From positions 14,446,001 through 14,510,000 of the forward strand of contig NC_045138.2 in assembly GCF_008831285.2 (NCBI RefSeq): DNA of 64,000 bases. The letters run 5' to 3'. The stretch comes from Nymphaea colorata (lineage: Eukaryota). How positions within the stretch are numbered: position 1 is the first letter of the stretch; each line of letters starts with the position of its first letter. Shown here piece after piece: positions 27,101 to 39,976 of the stretch. The notes under the pieces are model-generated. The model made no database searches. It was not told where the DNA came from and saw only the letters and a program-made list of their open reading frames with translations. Made by a program: the position numbers and the translations under genes.

Positions 27101-30100
27101 AACATCCCAAACTGGATTAGATCAGGCCTCTAATCCATGTCATAGATACAAGCTTGAAATCGAACATCCTAGACCAGATATGATCTTAGCTGCTTGTTCA
27201 AAATCTGATTCCAACAATCTAGACCGGATTAGATGAGATCTCTGATCCTAACCTTTGGTCGAAATCCCAAAGGCAACATCCCAAACCGGATTATATGAGA
27301 CCTCTGATCCTAACCTTTGGTCGAAATACCAAAGCCAACATCCCAAACCGGATTAGATGAGACCTCTGATCCTGAACTTTGGTCGAAATCCCGCATGCAA
27401 CATCCCAAACCGGATTAGATGAGACCTCTGATCCTGACCTTTCGTCGAGATCCCAAATCCAACAACCCAAACTGGATTAGATCAGGCCTCTAATCCATGT
27501 CATAGATACAAGCTTGAAATCCAACATCCTAGACCAGATATGATCTTAGCTGCTTGTTCAAAATCTGATTCCAACATCCTAGACCGGATTAGATGAGACC
27601 TTTGTTCCTAACCTTTGGTCGAAATCCCAAAGCCAACATCCCAAACCAGATTAGATGAGACCTCTGATTCTGAACTTTGGTCGAAATCCCGCATGCCACA
27701 TCCCAACCGGATTAGATGATGCCTTTGATCCTAAGCTTTCTTCTAAATCCTGCATGCAACATCCCAAATTGGATTTGATGAGACCTCTGATCCTGACCTT
27801 TCGTCGAGATCCCAAATCCAACAACCCAAACTGGATTAGATCAGGCCTCTAATCCATGTCATAGATACAAGCTTGAAATCCAAACCGGATTAGATGAGAC
27901 CGTTGATCCTGAACTTTTGTCGAAATCCCGCATGCAACTTTCCAAACCGGATTAGATGAGACCTCTGATCCTGACCTTTCGTCGAGATCCCAAATCCAAC
28001 ATCCCAAACTGGATTAGAGCAGGCCTCTAATCCATGTCATAGATACAAGCTTGAAATCCAACATCGTAGACCAGATATGATTTTAGTTGCTTGTTCAAAA
28101 TCTGATTCCAACAATCTAGACCGGATTAGCTGAGATCTCTGATCCTAACCTTTGGTTGAAATCCCAAAGCCAACATCCCAAAACGGATTAGATGAGACCT
28201 CTGATCCTGAACTTTGGTCGAAATCCCGCATGCAACATCCCAAACAGGATTAGATGAGACCTCTGATCCTGACCTTTCGTCGAGATCCCAAATCCAACAT
28301 CCCAAACTGGATTAGATCAGGCCTCTAATCCATGTCATAGATACAAGCTTGAAATCCAACATCCTAAACCAGATATGATCTTAGCTGCTTGTTCAAAATC
28401 TGATTCCAACAATCTAGACCGGATTAGATGAGATCTCTGATCCTAACCTTTGGTCGAAATCCCAAAACCAACATCCCAAACCGGATTAGATGAGACCTCT
28501 GATCCTGAACTTTGGTTGAAATCCCAAATGCAACATCCCAAACCGGATTAGATGAGACCGTTTATCCTGAACTTTGGTCGAAATCCCGCATGCTACATCC
28601 CAAACCGGATTAGATGAGACCTTTGATCCTGACCTTTCGTCGAGATCCCAAATCCAACATCCCAAACTGGAATAGATCAGGCCTCTAATCCATGTCATAG
28701 ATACAAGCTTGAAATCCAACATCTTAGACCAGATATGATCTTAGCTGCTTGTTCAAAATCTGCTTCCAACAATCTAGACCGGATTAGATGAGATCTCTGA
28801 TCCTAACCTTTGGTCGAAATCCCAAAGGCAACATCCCAAACCGGATTAGATGAGACCTCTGATCCTGAACTTTGGTTGAAATCCCAAATGCAACATCCCA
28901 AACCGGATTAGATGAGACCGTTTATCCTGAACTTTGGTCGAAATCCCGCATGCAACATCCCAAACCGGATTAGATGAGACCTTTGATCCTGACCTTTCGT
29001 CGAGATCCCAAATCCAACATCCCAAACTGGATTAGATCAGGCCTCTAATCCATGTCATAGATACAGGCTTGAAATCCAACATCCTAGACCAGATATGATC
29101 TTAGTTGCTTGTTCAAAATCTGATTCCAACAATCTAGACCGGATTAGATGAGATCTCTGATCCTAACCTTTGGTTGAAATCCCAAAGGCAACATCCCAAA
29201 CCGGATTAGATGAGACCTCTGATCCTAAACTTTGGTCGAAATCCCGCATGCAACATCCCAAACCGGATTAGATGAGACCTCTGATCCTGACCTTTCGTCG
29301 AGATCCCAAATCCAACAACCCAAACTGGATTAGATCAGGTCTCTAGTCCATGTCATAGATACAAGCTTGAAATCCAACATCCTAGACCAGATATGATCTT
29401 AGCTGCTTGTTCAAAATCTGATTCCAACAATCTAGACCGGATTAGATGAGATCTCTGATCCTAACCTTTGGTCGAAATCCCAAAGCCAACATCCCAAACC
29501 GGATTAGATGAGACCTCTGATCCTGAACTTTGGTCGAAATCCTGCATGCAACATCCCAAACCGGATTAGATGAGACCTTTGATCTTGACCTTTTGTCGAG
29601 ATCCCAAATCTAACATCCCAAACTGGATTAGATCTGGCCTTTAATCCATGTCATAGATACATGCTTGAAATCCAACATCCTAGACCAGATATGATCTTAT
29701 CTTAGCTGCTTGTTCAAAATCTGATTCCAACATCCTAGACCGGATTAGATGAGATCTCTGATCCTAACCTTTGGTCGAAATCCAAAGCCAACATCCCAAA
29801 CCGGATTAGATGAGACCTCTGATCCTGAACTTTGGTCGAAATCCCGCATGCAACATCCCAAACCGGATTAGATGATGCCTCTGATCCTAAGCTTTCTTCT
29901 AAATCCTGTATGCAACATCCCAAATTGGATTAGATGAGACCTCTGATCCTAACCTTTGTTCGAAATCCCAAATCCAACATCCCAAACTGGATTAGATCAG
30001 ACCTCTAATCCATGTCATAGATACATGCTTGAAATCCAACATCCTAGACAAGATAAGATCTTAGCTGCTTGTTCAAAATCCGAATCCATCATCTTAGACT

Positions 30101-32964
30101 GGATTAGATGAGACCTCTGATCCTGAACTTTGGTCGAAAAATTCCGCATGCAACATCTCAAACTGGATTAAATGAGACCTCTGATCCTGACTTTTGGTTG
30201 AAATCCCAAATCCAACATCCGGAATTGGATTAGATCAGACCTCTAATCCATTTCATAGATGCAAGATTGAATTTCAACATCCTAGAACACATAAGATCTT
30301 AGCTGCTTGTTCAAAATCCGAATCCAACATCCCTGGCCGGATTAGATGAGACCTCTGATCCTGACCTGTGGTCGAATGCAACATCCCAAACCGGATTAGA
30401 TGAGACCTCTGATCCTGAACTTTGGTCGAAATCCCGCATGCAACATCCCAAACTGAATTAGATGATGCCTTTGATCCTAAGCTTTCTTCTAAATCCTGCA
30501 TGCAACATCCCAAACCGGATTAGATGAGACATTTGATCCTGAACTTTGGTCGAAATCCCGCATGCAACATCCCAAACCGGATTAGTTGATGCCTCTGATC
30601 CTAAGCTTTCTTCTAAATCCTGGATGCCACATCCTAAACCGGATTAGATGAGACCTCTGATCCTGAACTTTGGTCGAAATCCCGCATGCAACATCTCAAA
30701 CCGGATTAGATGATGCCTCTGATCCTAAGCTTTCTTCTAAATCCTGCGTGCAACATCCCAAATTGGATTAGATGAGACCTCTGATCCTAACCTTTGTTCG
30801 AAATCCCAAATCCAACATCCCAAATTGGATTAGATCAGACCTCTAATCCATGTCATAGATACAAGCTTGAAATCCAACATCCTAGACCAGATAAGATCTT
30901 AGCTGCTTGTTCAAAATCCGAATCCAACATCTTAGACCGGATTTGATGAGACCTCTGATCCTTTGGTCGAAAAATACCGCATGCAACTTCTCAAACTGGA
31001 TTAGATGAGACCTCTGATCCTGACTCTTGGTTGAAATCCCAAATCCAACATCCGGAACTGGATTAGATTAGACCTCTAATCCATTTCATAGATGCAAGCT
31101 TGAAATGCAACATCCTAGAACAGATTAGATCTTAGCTGCTTGTTCAAAATCCGAATCCAACATCCCTGGCCGGATTAGATGAGACCTCTGATCCTGACCT
31201 GTGGTCGAAATCCCAAATATAACATCCCAAACCGGATTAGATGAGACCGTTGATCCTGAACTTTGGTCGAAATCCCGCATGCAACATCCCAAACTGGATT
31301 AGATGAGACCTCTGATCCTGACCTTTCGTCGAGATCCCAAATCCAACATCCCAATCTGGATTAGATCAGGCCTCTAATCCATGTCATAGATACAACCTTG
31401 AAATCCAACATCCTAGACCAGATATGATCTTAGCTTCTTGTTCAAAATCTGATTCCAACAATCTAGACCGGATTAGATGAGACCTCTGATCTTGACCTGT
31501 GGTCGAAATCTCAAATGCAACATCCCAAACCGGATTAGATGAGACCGTTGATCCTGAACTTTGGTCGAAATTCCGCATGCAACATCCCAAACCGGATTTG
31601 GTGAGACCTCTGATCCTGACCTTTCGTCGAGATCCCAAATCCAACATCCCAAACTGGATTATATCAGGCCTCTAATCCATGTCATAGATACAAGCTTGAA
31701 ATCCAACATCCTAGACGAGATATGATCTTAGCTGCTTGTTCAAAATCTGATTCCAACAATCTAGACCGGATTAGATGAGATCTCTGATCCTAACCTTTGG
31801 TCGAAATCCAAAGCCAACATCCCAAACCGGATTAGATGAGACCTCTGATCCTGAACTTTGGTCGAAATCCCGCATGCAACATCCCAAACCGGATTAGATG
31901 ATGCCTCTGATCCTAAGCTTTCTTCTAAATCCTGTATGCAACATCCCAAATTGGATTAGATGAGACCTCTGATCCTAACCTTTGTTCGAAATCCCAAATC
32001 CAACATCCCAAACTGGATTAGATCAGACCTCTAATCCATGTCATAGATACAAGCTTGAAATCCAACATCCTTGACCAGATAAGATCTTAGCTGCTTGTTC
32101 AAAATCCGAATCCAACATCTTAGACCGGATTAGATGAGACCTCTGATCCTGAACTTTGGTCGAAAAATTCCGCATGCAACATCTCAAATTGGACTAGATG
32201 AGACCTCTGATCCTGACTTTTGGTTGAAATCCCAAATCCAACATCCGGAACTGGATTAGATCAGACCTCTAATCCATTTCATAGATGCACTCTTGAAATT
32301 CAACATCCTAGAACAAATTTAAATATTAACTGCTTGTTCAAAATCCGAATCCAACATCCCTTGCCGGATTAGATGAGACTTCTGATCTTGACTTGTGGTC
32401 GAAATCTCAAATGCAACATCCCAAACCGGATTAGATGAGACCGTTGATCCTGAACTTTGGTCGAAATTCCGCATGCAACATCCCAAACCGGATTTGGTGA
32501 GACCTCTGATCCTGACCTTTCGTCGAGATCCCAAATCCAACATCCCAAACTGGATTATATCAGGCATCTAATCCATGTCATAGATACAAGCTTGAAATCC
32601 AACATCCTAGACGAGATATGATCTTAGCTGCTTGTTCAAAATCTGATTCCAACAATCTAGACCGGATTAGATGAGATCTCTGATCCTAACCTTTGGTCGA
32701 AATCCAAAGCCAACATCCCAAACCGGATTAGATGAGACCTCTGATCCTGAACTTTGGTCGAAATCCCGCATGCAACATCCCAAACCGGATTAGATGAGAC
32801 CTCTGATCCTGACCTTTCGTCGAGATCCCAAATCCATCAACCCAAACTGGATTAGATCGGGCCTCTAATCCATGTCATAGATACAAGCTTGAAATCTAAC
32901 AGCCTAGACCAGATATGATCTTAGCTGCTTGTTCAAAATCTGATTCCAACATCCCAAACCGGAT

Positions 32965-33896
32965 GCTAAGGGCGGTTTCTGTGAGAGGTACTAGACGATG
33001 TTTAGCATTGGCAAACCCTCACTTTTGAAATTTGAAGGCGAAACGTGGACTTTGTGCGATGGTTTATGCGAGTGCGAGCTTTTTGTTCTGCCCAGTGTTT
33101 GGTTTCGTCCCGGGAGGTAGTGGTGCGCGTGGCTCACTGTTGACGCACACTCCTCTAGCTGTACTGGAGGGCCCACAGGGTATTGGGCGGCACAAGGGCC
33201 CGGGGTACTGCTGCCGTGTTGGGAGAGAGACATCTCCTGGTCCCTCAAACCGGGTTCCTAGAGGGGCCATGCTGCTGCAGCGGCGATCTGGGATATCTCA
33301 GGAGGCTTCACTTCAGGTACCCTCGATCCGTTGGATCGTCTGGTGATGATATGTTCTGTTCTGCCCGTGAGTTGTGCCCACGGGGATTTCTGTTGCTCGA
33401 CACGATGACCATGACATTGTCAGAGAACCACGGTTGGAAGCCTACGAAATTTTGGAGGTTGTGCACACCTCGTTCTGTCATTTATGATGTGATGTAACTC
33501 TGATATGTGTTAAGTTTTGGAAAACTTATGGTTGTAGTTCATAAGGCCTTTTTGAATTGTTTTACGAAACTAAATATTATTTTGGGTCATGTTCCCTTCA
33601 TGGCTGAATTTTCTCATACTCAGAGGAATTCTGACCCTTCTTTCTATCTCTACAGGTAGTCCTTGATAGATTTTGGCTTTGGAGCGACGACCTCAGTCTT
33701 GTGATGGACGGGCATTGGCATTCTGGGCATTGCGTCGGTTTTGGGGACTTGTGTTTATTTTTGTTTGGGTCCAAGTATTTTATTATTGAAATAAAACAAT
33801 GTCTGATTTCTTTATGTTCTGGTCATGACTCAATATTGCTTCCACTATTATAGAAATGGAAAGAAAATTTTTGGTGTCAAAAATTGGGTCGTGACA
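32965..33896 (+). mobile_element. Truncated LTR-retrotransposon long terminal repeat (Ty3/gypsy, Tekay/Del-like 3' end) inside the satellite
   Basis: Unique ~930-bp sequence ending aaattgggtcgtgaca, the GGG.CGTGACA terminus typical of Tekay-type LTRs. Satellite resumes immediately afterwards. No matching TGT 5' end is visible. Confidence 0.65.
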
Positions 33897-34257
33897 TAAG
33901 GCCTCTAATCCATGTCATAAATACAAGCTTGAAATCCAACATCCTAGACTAGATAAGATCTTAGCTGCTTGTTCAGAATCCGAATCCAACATCTTAGGCC
34001 GGATTAGATGAGACCTTTAATCCTAACATTTGGTCGAAATCCCAACTCCAACATCCCAAGCTGGATTAGATGAGACCTCTGATCAAGCTGGCTTGGCGGA
34101 GTCTGAACATGGGAAGATCTGATCCTGTTGTTATTATTAGGCCGTGTCTTCGAAACGTTGGGAGTGTACTGATTTCAGTTATCATTGTTTCAAACCCGAG
34201 GGATTTGAGACGAGGAATCAAACGCATACATGAATATGATTTTGCTTCCTTTTCATA

Positions 34258-34916
34258 ACTTTTTCATGTTTCATTCTCAAAAAAGGAAAAAAAATCATGA
34301 AATTGAATTTTCATGTAAAATAAAATCTCATGGTTTTAGGAAAGGTGTCGTTAAAATAGCAGCTACCAAGAAAAATTATCGTATAATAACATTGAGCTCC
34401 ACTTTTTTTATTATTAAATTTTGATTATATTGACTAGGAAACATTGCTTCCGTGGCATCTTAGTTATGGGGCCTTTTCTAACTTTAAAAGTCATTTACAA
34501 ATTTCAGAAAGGCGGCCTAATTACAGAAGATAGTTTCTCATTTTATTACAGAAGATAGTTTCTCATTTTAGGAAAAACTATAACTGCTCTTCCTTTTGTT
34601 TGACACTGCAGGAAATCGGTTGATATTTAAAAGCCTGGATGCTGGATGTAATCCGATGTACAGTTTTGCAATTACCTCCCTGTCGCGCTCTCTCAGCTTT
34701 ACAAACCGCTGCCACCTTCTTCGAAAGCTTTTTCGCTTTTCGAGTGTAAATGGCTTTCGTTTGGGTAAGGGGGGTCGTTTTTTCCCTGTTTTGAAAAAAA
34801 AGGGTTTCCTTTTCATATCTTTTTCATGTTTCAGTCTCAAAAAAACAAAAAAAATCATGAAATTGAATTTTCATGTAAAATGAAATCTCATGGTGGTAGG
34901 AAAGGTGTTGTTAAAA
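34258..34916 (+). repeat. Pair of ~100-bp direct repeats (~34258-34357 and ~34820-34916)
   Basis: ttttcatgtttca..tctcaaaaaa..aaaaaaaatcatgaaattgaattttcatgtaaaat.aaatctcatggt..taggaaaggtgt.gttaaaa occurs twice. Confidence 0.85.
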
Positions 34917-35152
34917 ACAAAGAAGGGTGAAATTGCCCAACTGACAATATACCTCGGCCAATACTGCCCTCCGTGTCCTTCCTACCTGCTTTCCCTGCCT
35001 TGCCATCTGAGCCGTTGTATTGTCCACGCGTTCGGTTCCACGCCATCTAGAAAAGGAACGTAGACTGACGCCGTCGATTCGATAGATCGGACTGTCTTTA
35101 TTAGTGCACAAATGAAAATAGTATTGCTTTGTGTTCAGGAGATCCCCGTGAT

Positions 35153-35390
35153 TAGGGCTGCACAACGAGTCGAGCCAACTCGGGCTCGACTTGAACTCGC
35201 TCGAAAAAGCTCGGCTCGAGCTTGACTCATTTATAAATGAGTCGAGTTCGAGCTCATAGTTAAACTCGAAACCATAAACGAGTCGAGTTCGAGTTTAAAG
35301 AACTCGACTCGTTTAAACTCGAATCGACTCGTTATATAACGAGTTGAATTATATAAACCGGTTCGTAAAAGCGATTCACCGGTTTAGGGT
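35153..35390 (+). mobile_element. Left end of a hAT-like non-autonomous element
   Basis: Starts TAGGGCTG and is followed by dense gagtcgag/ctcgac sub-terminal repeats. No convincing right end or TSD was found. Confidence 0.6.
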
Positions 35391-36572
35391 TTTACTGAGG
35401 TCTCCTCTTATAGTTTACTCTTCCTCCGTCTTCCCGACTTCTCTCTGCGGCGCTGACTCTCTTTCTTCTCGTTTGCTATCTCTCTTCCCGTCTTTGCTCT
35501 TTCGTCGACCACAGATCACCTTTCGCCTTCGGTCTTCCATCTTCGCCCTTCGGTCTTCACTCTTCCTTCTTCCCGTTTCACTCTTCCCGTCTGCTCTCTT
35601 GCTGTCTTCCTTCTTCCTTCGACCACGACAACCAGACCAAACCTGAGGCTGAGGGCACTTGCTGTCTTGCTGAGTTGTTGTCTTCCAACTGCTCTCTCTC
35701 TTCCATTGTTGCTGCCTTCTCTCGCCGCCACTGGCCCACCACTGCTGCCTTCTCTCGCTGCCGCTGCCGCTGCTGCTGTTGCTGCCTTCTTTGTTTTGCT
35801 GCTTCCGCCTTCACGCCAGGTACGCCTTCGACCTTCCTTTTTTCTTTTGCTTGTTGTTGTTCTTCTTCCTCCTCCTCCCAACTGATTTTGCCCAAATAAA
35901 ACCCACCAGAAATCACTGCTGCAGCTGCCTCAGTAGCATCGGTTGCCCCTCTCGCTCTTGCTGTAGCTCATGCTCCCGCCTTCGCAACAAGTACCTCTTC
36001 GGCTTTCCTTTTTTCTTCTCCTTATTGTTTTTCTTTTTCCTCCTCCTTCCAATTGATTTTGTCCAAATGAAACCCACCAGAAATCGCCGTTGCTGCCTTC
36101 TCTCGCTGATGTTGCCTCAGACGCCATCAATGCTCGCATTCACTACTCTTGAGGGACTGTTTACTACCTCCTCCGTTCCCCTCGCTCTCCCTCTCTTTCT
36201 CTCTGCTGCTGCTTTGTGGCATAGCCCCTTTTTATGCTGCAAGTTTTTTCTAGTTTTTTGTTGAACCATGTTGCATTGATGATGTATTTTGAGAAGGTTA
36301 TCTTGTTTTGTACCTGCTGGTGTTGCTTCAGCTCACCATATTCAGCAGTCTGCTAATGATAAGTGCTTGCCACTCAATATATGCACATTAAACACTCAAT
36401 ATATGCACATTAAACTTGGCTTGTTCTAGAGTTTAATGTCGTTAAGTGAGTTATCAATTGACAGAGTCATTTGTTTAATCTTGTAAACATTTGTTGGTTA
36501 TTTCTATGTACAACTTCAAAACTTTTTCTTGCTTTTGATATTAGAAAATGATATGCACATATGTAGCCATGC

Positions 36573-39326
36573 GACCCTGGAGCTGCTGGATATACAATCA
36601 AGGAGGCAGTATCTCTGGTTAGAAGCATGGTGAGCACCAGATCATGTATCATAGCAAGAGCCCTGATATTCTGTTTGCTTCTATAGCTGTTCTGTTATAG
36701 TCACCAATGGTCTACTAAAGTTATGATTCTATTGTTGTATTTGCATTTGACAAGATTCCAGGACAGCGAGCTCTTGCTTTGCAACTTTCGGCTGTCAAGC
36801 TCTTTGGGCTTACGCTATTGGTCCAGAACCAGAACTGATTTATCTTTAAGGTAGATGTCTCATTATATCTACACATAAATATTTGCTTCACAGAGTTTTC
36901 TTTAGTCTTTTTGGTTATCATAAGAAGCTCTGGAAGAAACAAAAGTAGATGTGGTGCCATGTACAAATAATCTGTGAACTTGGTGGATTTGTTTCACTGG
37001 ATTTTCTTTTAGCATCCTTTGTTACCATTCTCTCGAAGAAGGAAAAATAAATGTTCAACAGTGTATAAAGGGTATGCTAACTTTCTGGTTGTCTTTCGCT
37101 TGACATATCTATTGTCTGACAAGCTATATGGGCTTACAGCAAACCTCCCAAGCTTGTCTTCTTGTAGGTGCCTTATGTCCTTTGTAGATATGCAATGTAA
37201 ACGTGCTTCATTATGCCACAGTTAATTCATATTTTCTAAATTATAAAAAGGAATTATGTCTGTGTATTGTATATGTTTCTATTGTTAGTTGCTTTGTTAA
37301 GTACAATAGATGTTGGATGGCTGGAACAATGATATTTTTATTGATTGGAGAAGATGTCTTTCAATATTTTGAAATATTGAAATTCTTGATGAAGCAAACC
37401 ATTTATACTTTTCTTTTACTGTTATCTTTATTTTTCTGTTTCACGTACTATGATTCCTTTACTTACTGATTGTGCAAATTGAGAAGCATTTAATTATACT
37501 TTGTCTCTCTCATAATCCCGAAAACCTCAACAATTATTTACAGAAGAACTTTGAAACTCTTGGTCCATACCCCAGAAGTTGTGAAGAACCTTCTTTTTTT
37601 GCCCTGAACATTCATGTGCTTAGAGTCTTAGACTGATCAGAGGTTGCTAGGATGATCGACAACGTGGTATTGCAACTAATTTGTTCAATATGTAGGTGAA
37701 AATGCTGGCTATGGTATTTCAATGATTTGCATGTTATTTTTTTTTTCTCAGTGCTTATTTATATCTTTATGAGCTGTGGCTCATGAATGATATTTCTTCC
37801 AGATCATGTAACTTCTTAATTGTTTGGAAATTCCTAACTTGTAATATTTTGCGAGTCTGATTTTCTCAACAGAATGGCCCTTGATGACAATCATGCATCT
37901 GTACTTATGGCATGTACAAAGGTTATTCATTGCATTTTGTGTTGCAACCTGAACGAGTATTACTTCCTCTTGTCAGAGGTAAATCCTCAAGACATACTTT
38001 GTAATCTATTACTAGTTTGGCATGGTGCTTTTTGTTTTATTATGTATGAGAATGTAGATGAAGATATTATGACTTTTTACTTTCAAATGACAGCTAGTGG
38101 GTCTTCACTTGAAGTGCATATATACTGCTGTTTTTTTGGGTTAAGGGAGAAATTAGTTCAGGCTTCCTTAATGGTGGGTTTTGGAAATATAGTGCAAAAC
38201 CATGAAATATCATTCCCTTCAAGGATCAGCCTATGGATGACGAGAATGATGAAGAACACACCATAAAGGATGATTTTGTTGTAGCAGCGCAGGACATTGC
38301 AGCAGGATTGATGAGGATGGGGGTACTCCCAAGAATCCGCTACATCATGGAGGTTAGCATAATTTTTCTCATTGAACTTTCTCTGTTCCATGTGCTAATT
38401 TTGTTTTAACTCCTTATAGTCTTTCCCTGGTGTCCTTTTTTTTTTCCTTTTTCTTTCCTTTCCTTTCACTGTCTTGGTCTTTTTGGTTTTTCAGGAAAAG
38501 AGAAGTCAGTTTGATCAATTTAATGATGTTAACATCTATGAACACCACAAATGAAAATGAAAAGAAGATGCTTTGCTTTTAGATTTTTGTTGTTTCTTCC
38601 TGTCTGCTTAATTCAACTGTGTAATTAGGGAACTTGCTGTGACCTCCTTCTTGCACACATATTGGTCAATATGTTCTCTGCAATTTTTTAGGAGTCGTTT
38701 CCCAAGGTCTGGTTTTTGGTGGAACACATCAGGAAAATCTTGAACATTTTACTGAACAATAAAAGGTTGAAAAATTGTAGGTTTTCTTGTGCATGTGGAT
38801 ATAAATAATATCTCTTATCTTAGGGACAATTTAATGTATCAGTGTTGTTAAAAAAATAATAATTGTAAATATATTGGTTAAAAAAAGTTAAAAAGAATGA
38901 AGCATATCAAACATTTTATGGCATTGATATGTGTGTGTGTGTGTGTAGGTACTAAGTTTAGTATTTAGTTATTCTGCAAATAACAAAAAAGCAAAGTACA
39001 AGTAACTTAGCTTGCTGCATCCAAGCAGTATCCATGTATACCACTCATGTGGTCATCAATGAATGTGCAATAGTTTTTGATAGTCATTAGTTGTATCTAC
39101 CCTGTTGTGATTTTGAAGCACATAATGCTGTTTCTGTTTTCTCATGCTTGTGGTCTTTGTTTTTCAGATGGATCACAATGTTGCTGCTGAGGAATGCCTT
39201 CTACTTGTCCTTATTGCTTTTGCACGTCATTCCCCTGCATGTGCGCGTGCTATCATGGAATGTCCTCGGCTTGTTGATACTGTCATTAACCGCTTTGTTA
39301 AAAAGAAACAGGAACCTTATCACTAG
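36573..39326 (+). pseudogene. IYO: MINIYO (IYO)/RPAP1 internal gene fragment, 5 exons with introns retained
   Basis: Exons: ~36573-36629 (DPGAAGYTIKEAVSLVRSM); 36755-36850 (IPGQRALALQL, then deletion/frameshift, then QALWAYAIGPEPELILSLR); 37873-37978 (MALDDNHASVLMACTKVIHCILCC..); 38094-38352 (GFLNGGFWKYSAKP*NII..AQDIAAGLMRMGVLPRIRYIME, in-frame TGA at 38203-38205); 39168-39326 (..LIAFARHSPACARAIMECPRLV..). GT-AG borders are present. N- and C-terminal parts are absent. Confidence 0.88.
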
Positions 39327-39976
39327 AACTTTTGAACCTTATAATGGGCTTCCTTTCCATTGGTTGCTCTGTAAGTACCTAGTTGTAATTTATCATAAAG
39401 AATCCTTGATTTTTAATGCGGTTACATCACAGTATAAACAATGAAGTGCACGTCATTCCCCTGCATGTGCACGTTCTACATAACAATGAAGTGAAAAAAA
39501 TGCAAAATTTCATCATGTTCTGGAAGAAAACGACCCCTTTTCTTGTCTAGTGATAAGAAATTACATCTAGTGATAAGGTTGCTGTTTCTTTTTTAACAGA
39601 GAATTTACTGGTTCAACCGAGAATACTGTTCTGCTGTAACTGCAGTTCTTTTGCAAGAACAGTGCATGGTTGGTGGGCTCTTCAATCCACCTGCAGATGG
39701 TGCATGTATTTTTTTTTCCCACTTAATAACGCAAGGTATACCCAATAATAAATCCTTTCCAAAAGAAACAGAACCGAGAAAGGAACATTTATTTTTGCTA
39801 TTTTCTAGATAATGACAAGAACTGTTTCTAATACATTACAGAAATGGGCAATCGATTCTGCCGTGGCTGGTAAGATACTCTTTAATAGCATATTATGGCT
39901 AATGTTTACTTAGCAGAAACTATTTTCTTTTCCAGCATAAAACTCTTAAAGTGATAATCTTATTAAACTTCTCTTG

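Larger units (their letters stand above)
7620..34083 (+). repeat. Tandem satellite array (~26.5 kb) of 62-bp monomers with higher-order structure
   Basis: Typical monomer: atcccaaaccggattagatgagacctctgatcctgaactttggtcgaaatcccgcatgcaac (62 bp). A variant is atcccaaactggattagatcaggcctctaatccatgtcatagatacaagcttgaaatccaac (62 bp). The 50-bp unit is atcctagaccagatatgatcttagctgcttgttcaaaatctgattccaac. The left edge is degenerate, so that boundary is approximate. Confidence 0.98.

Noticed and set aside
9131..32567. Family of short 'MGCCMRDFDQ..' ORFs on the minus strand
   Set aside because: By-products of the satellite: the 62-bp period is not a multiple of 3, the frames are short, and no domain is recognisable.
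7620..34083. CRISPR array (hairpin repeat plus variable segments)
   Set aside because: The variable segments are a few recurring related types rather than unique spacers, there are no cas genes, and the context is eukaryotic.
35344..36264. Multiple overlapping 70-160 aa ORFs
   Set aside because: Low-complexity CT/GCT sequence that lacks stops in several frames; no domain.
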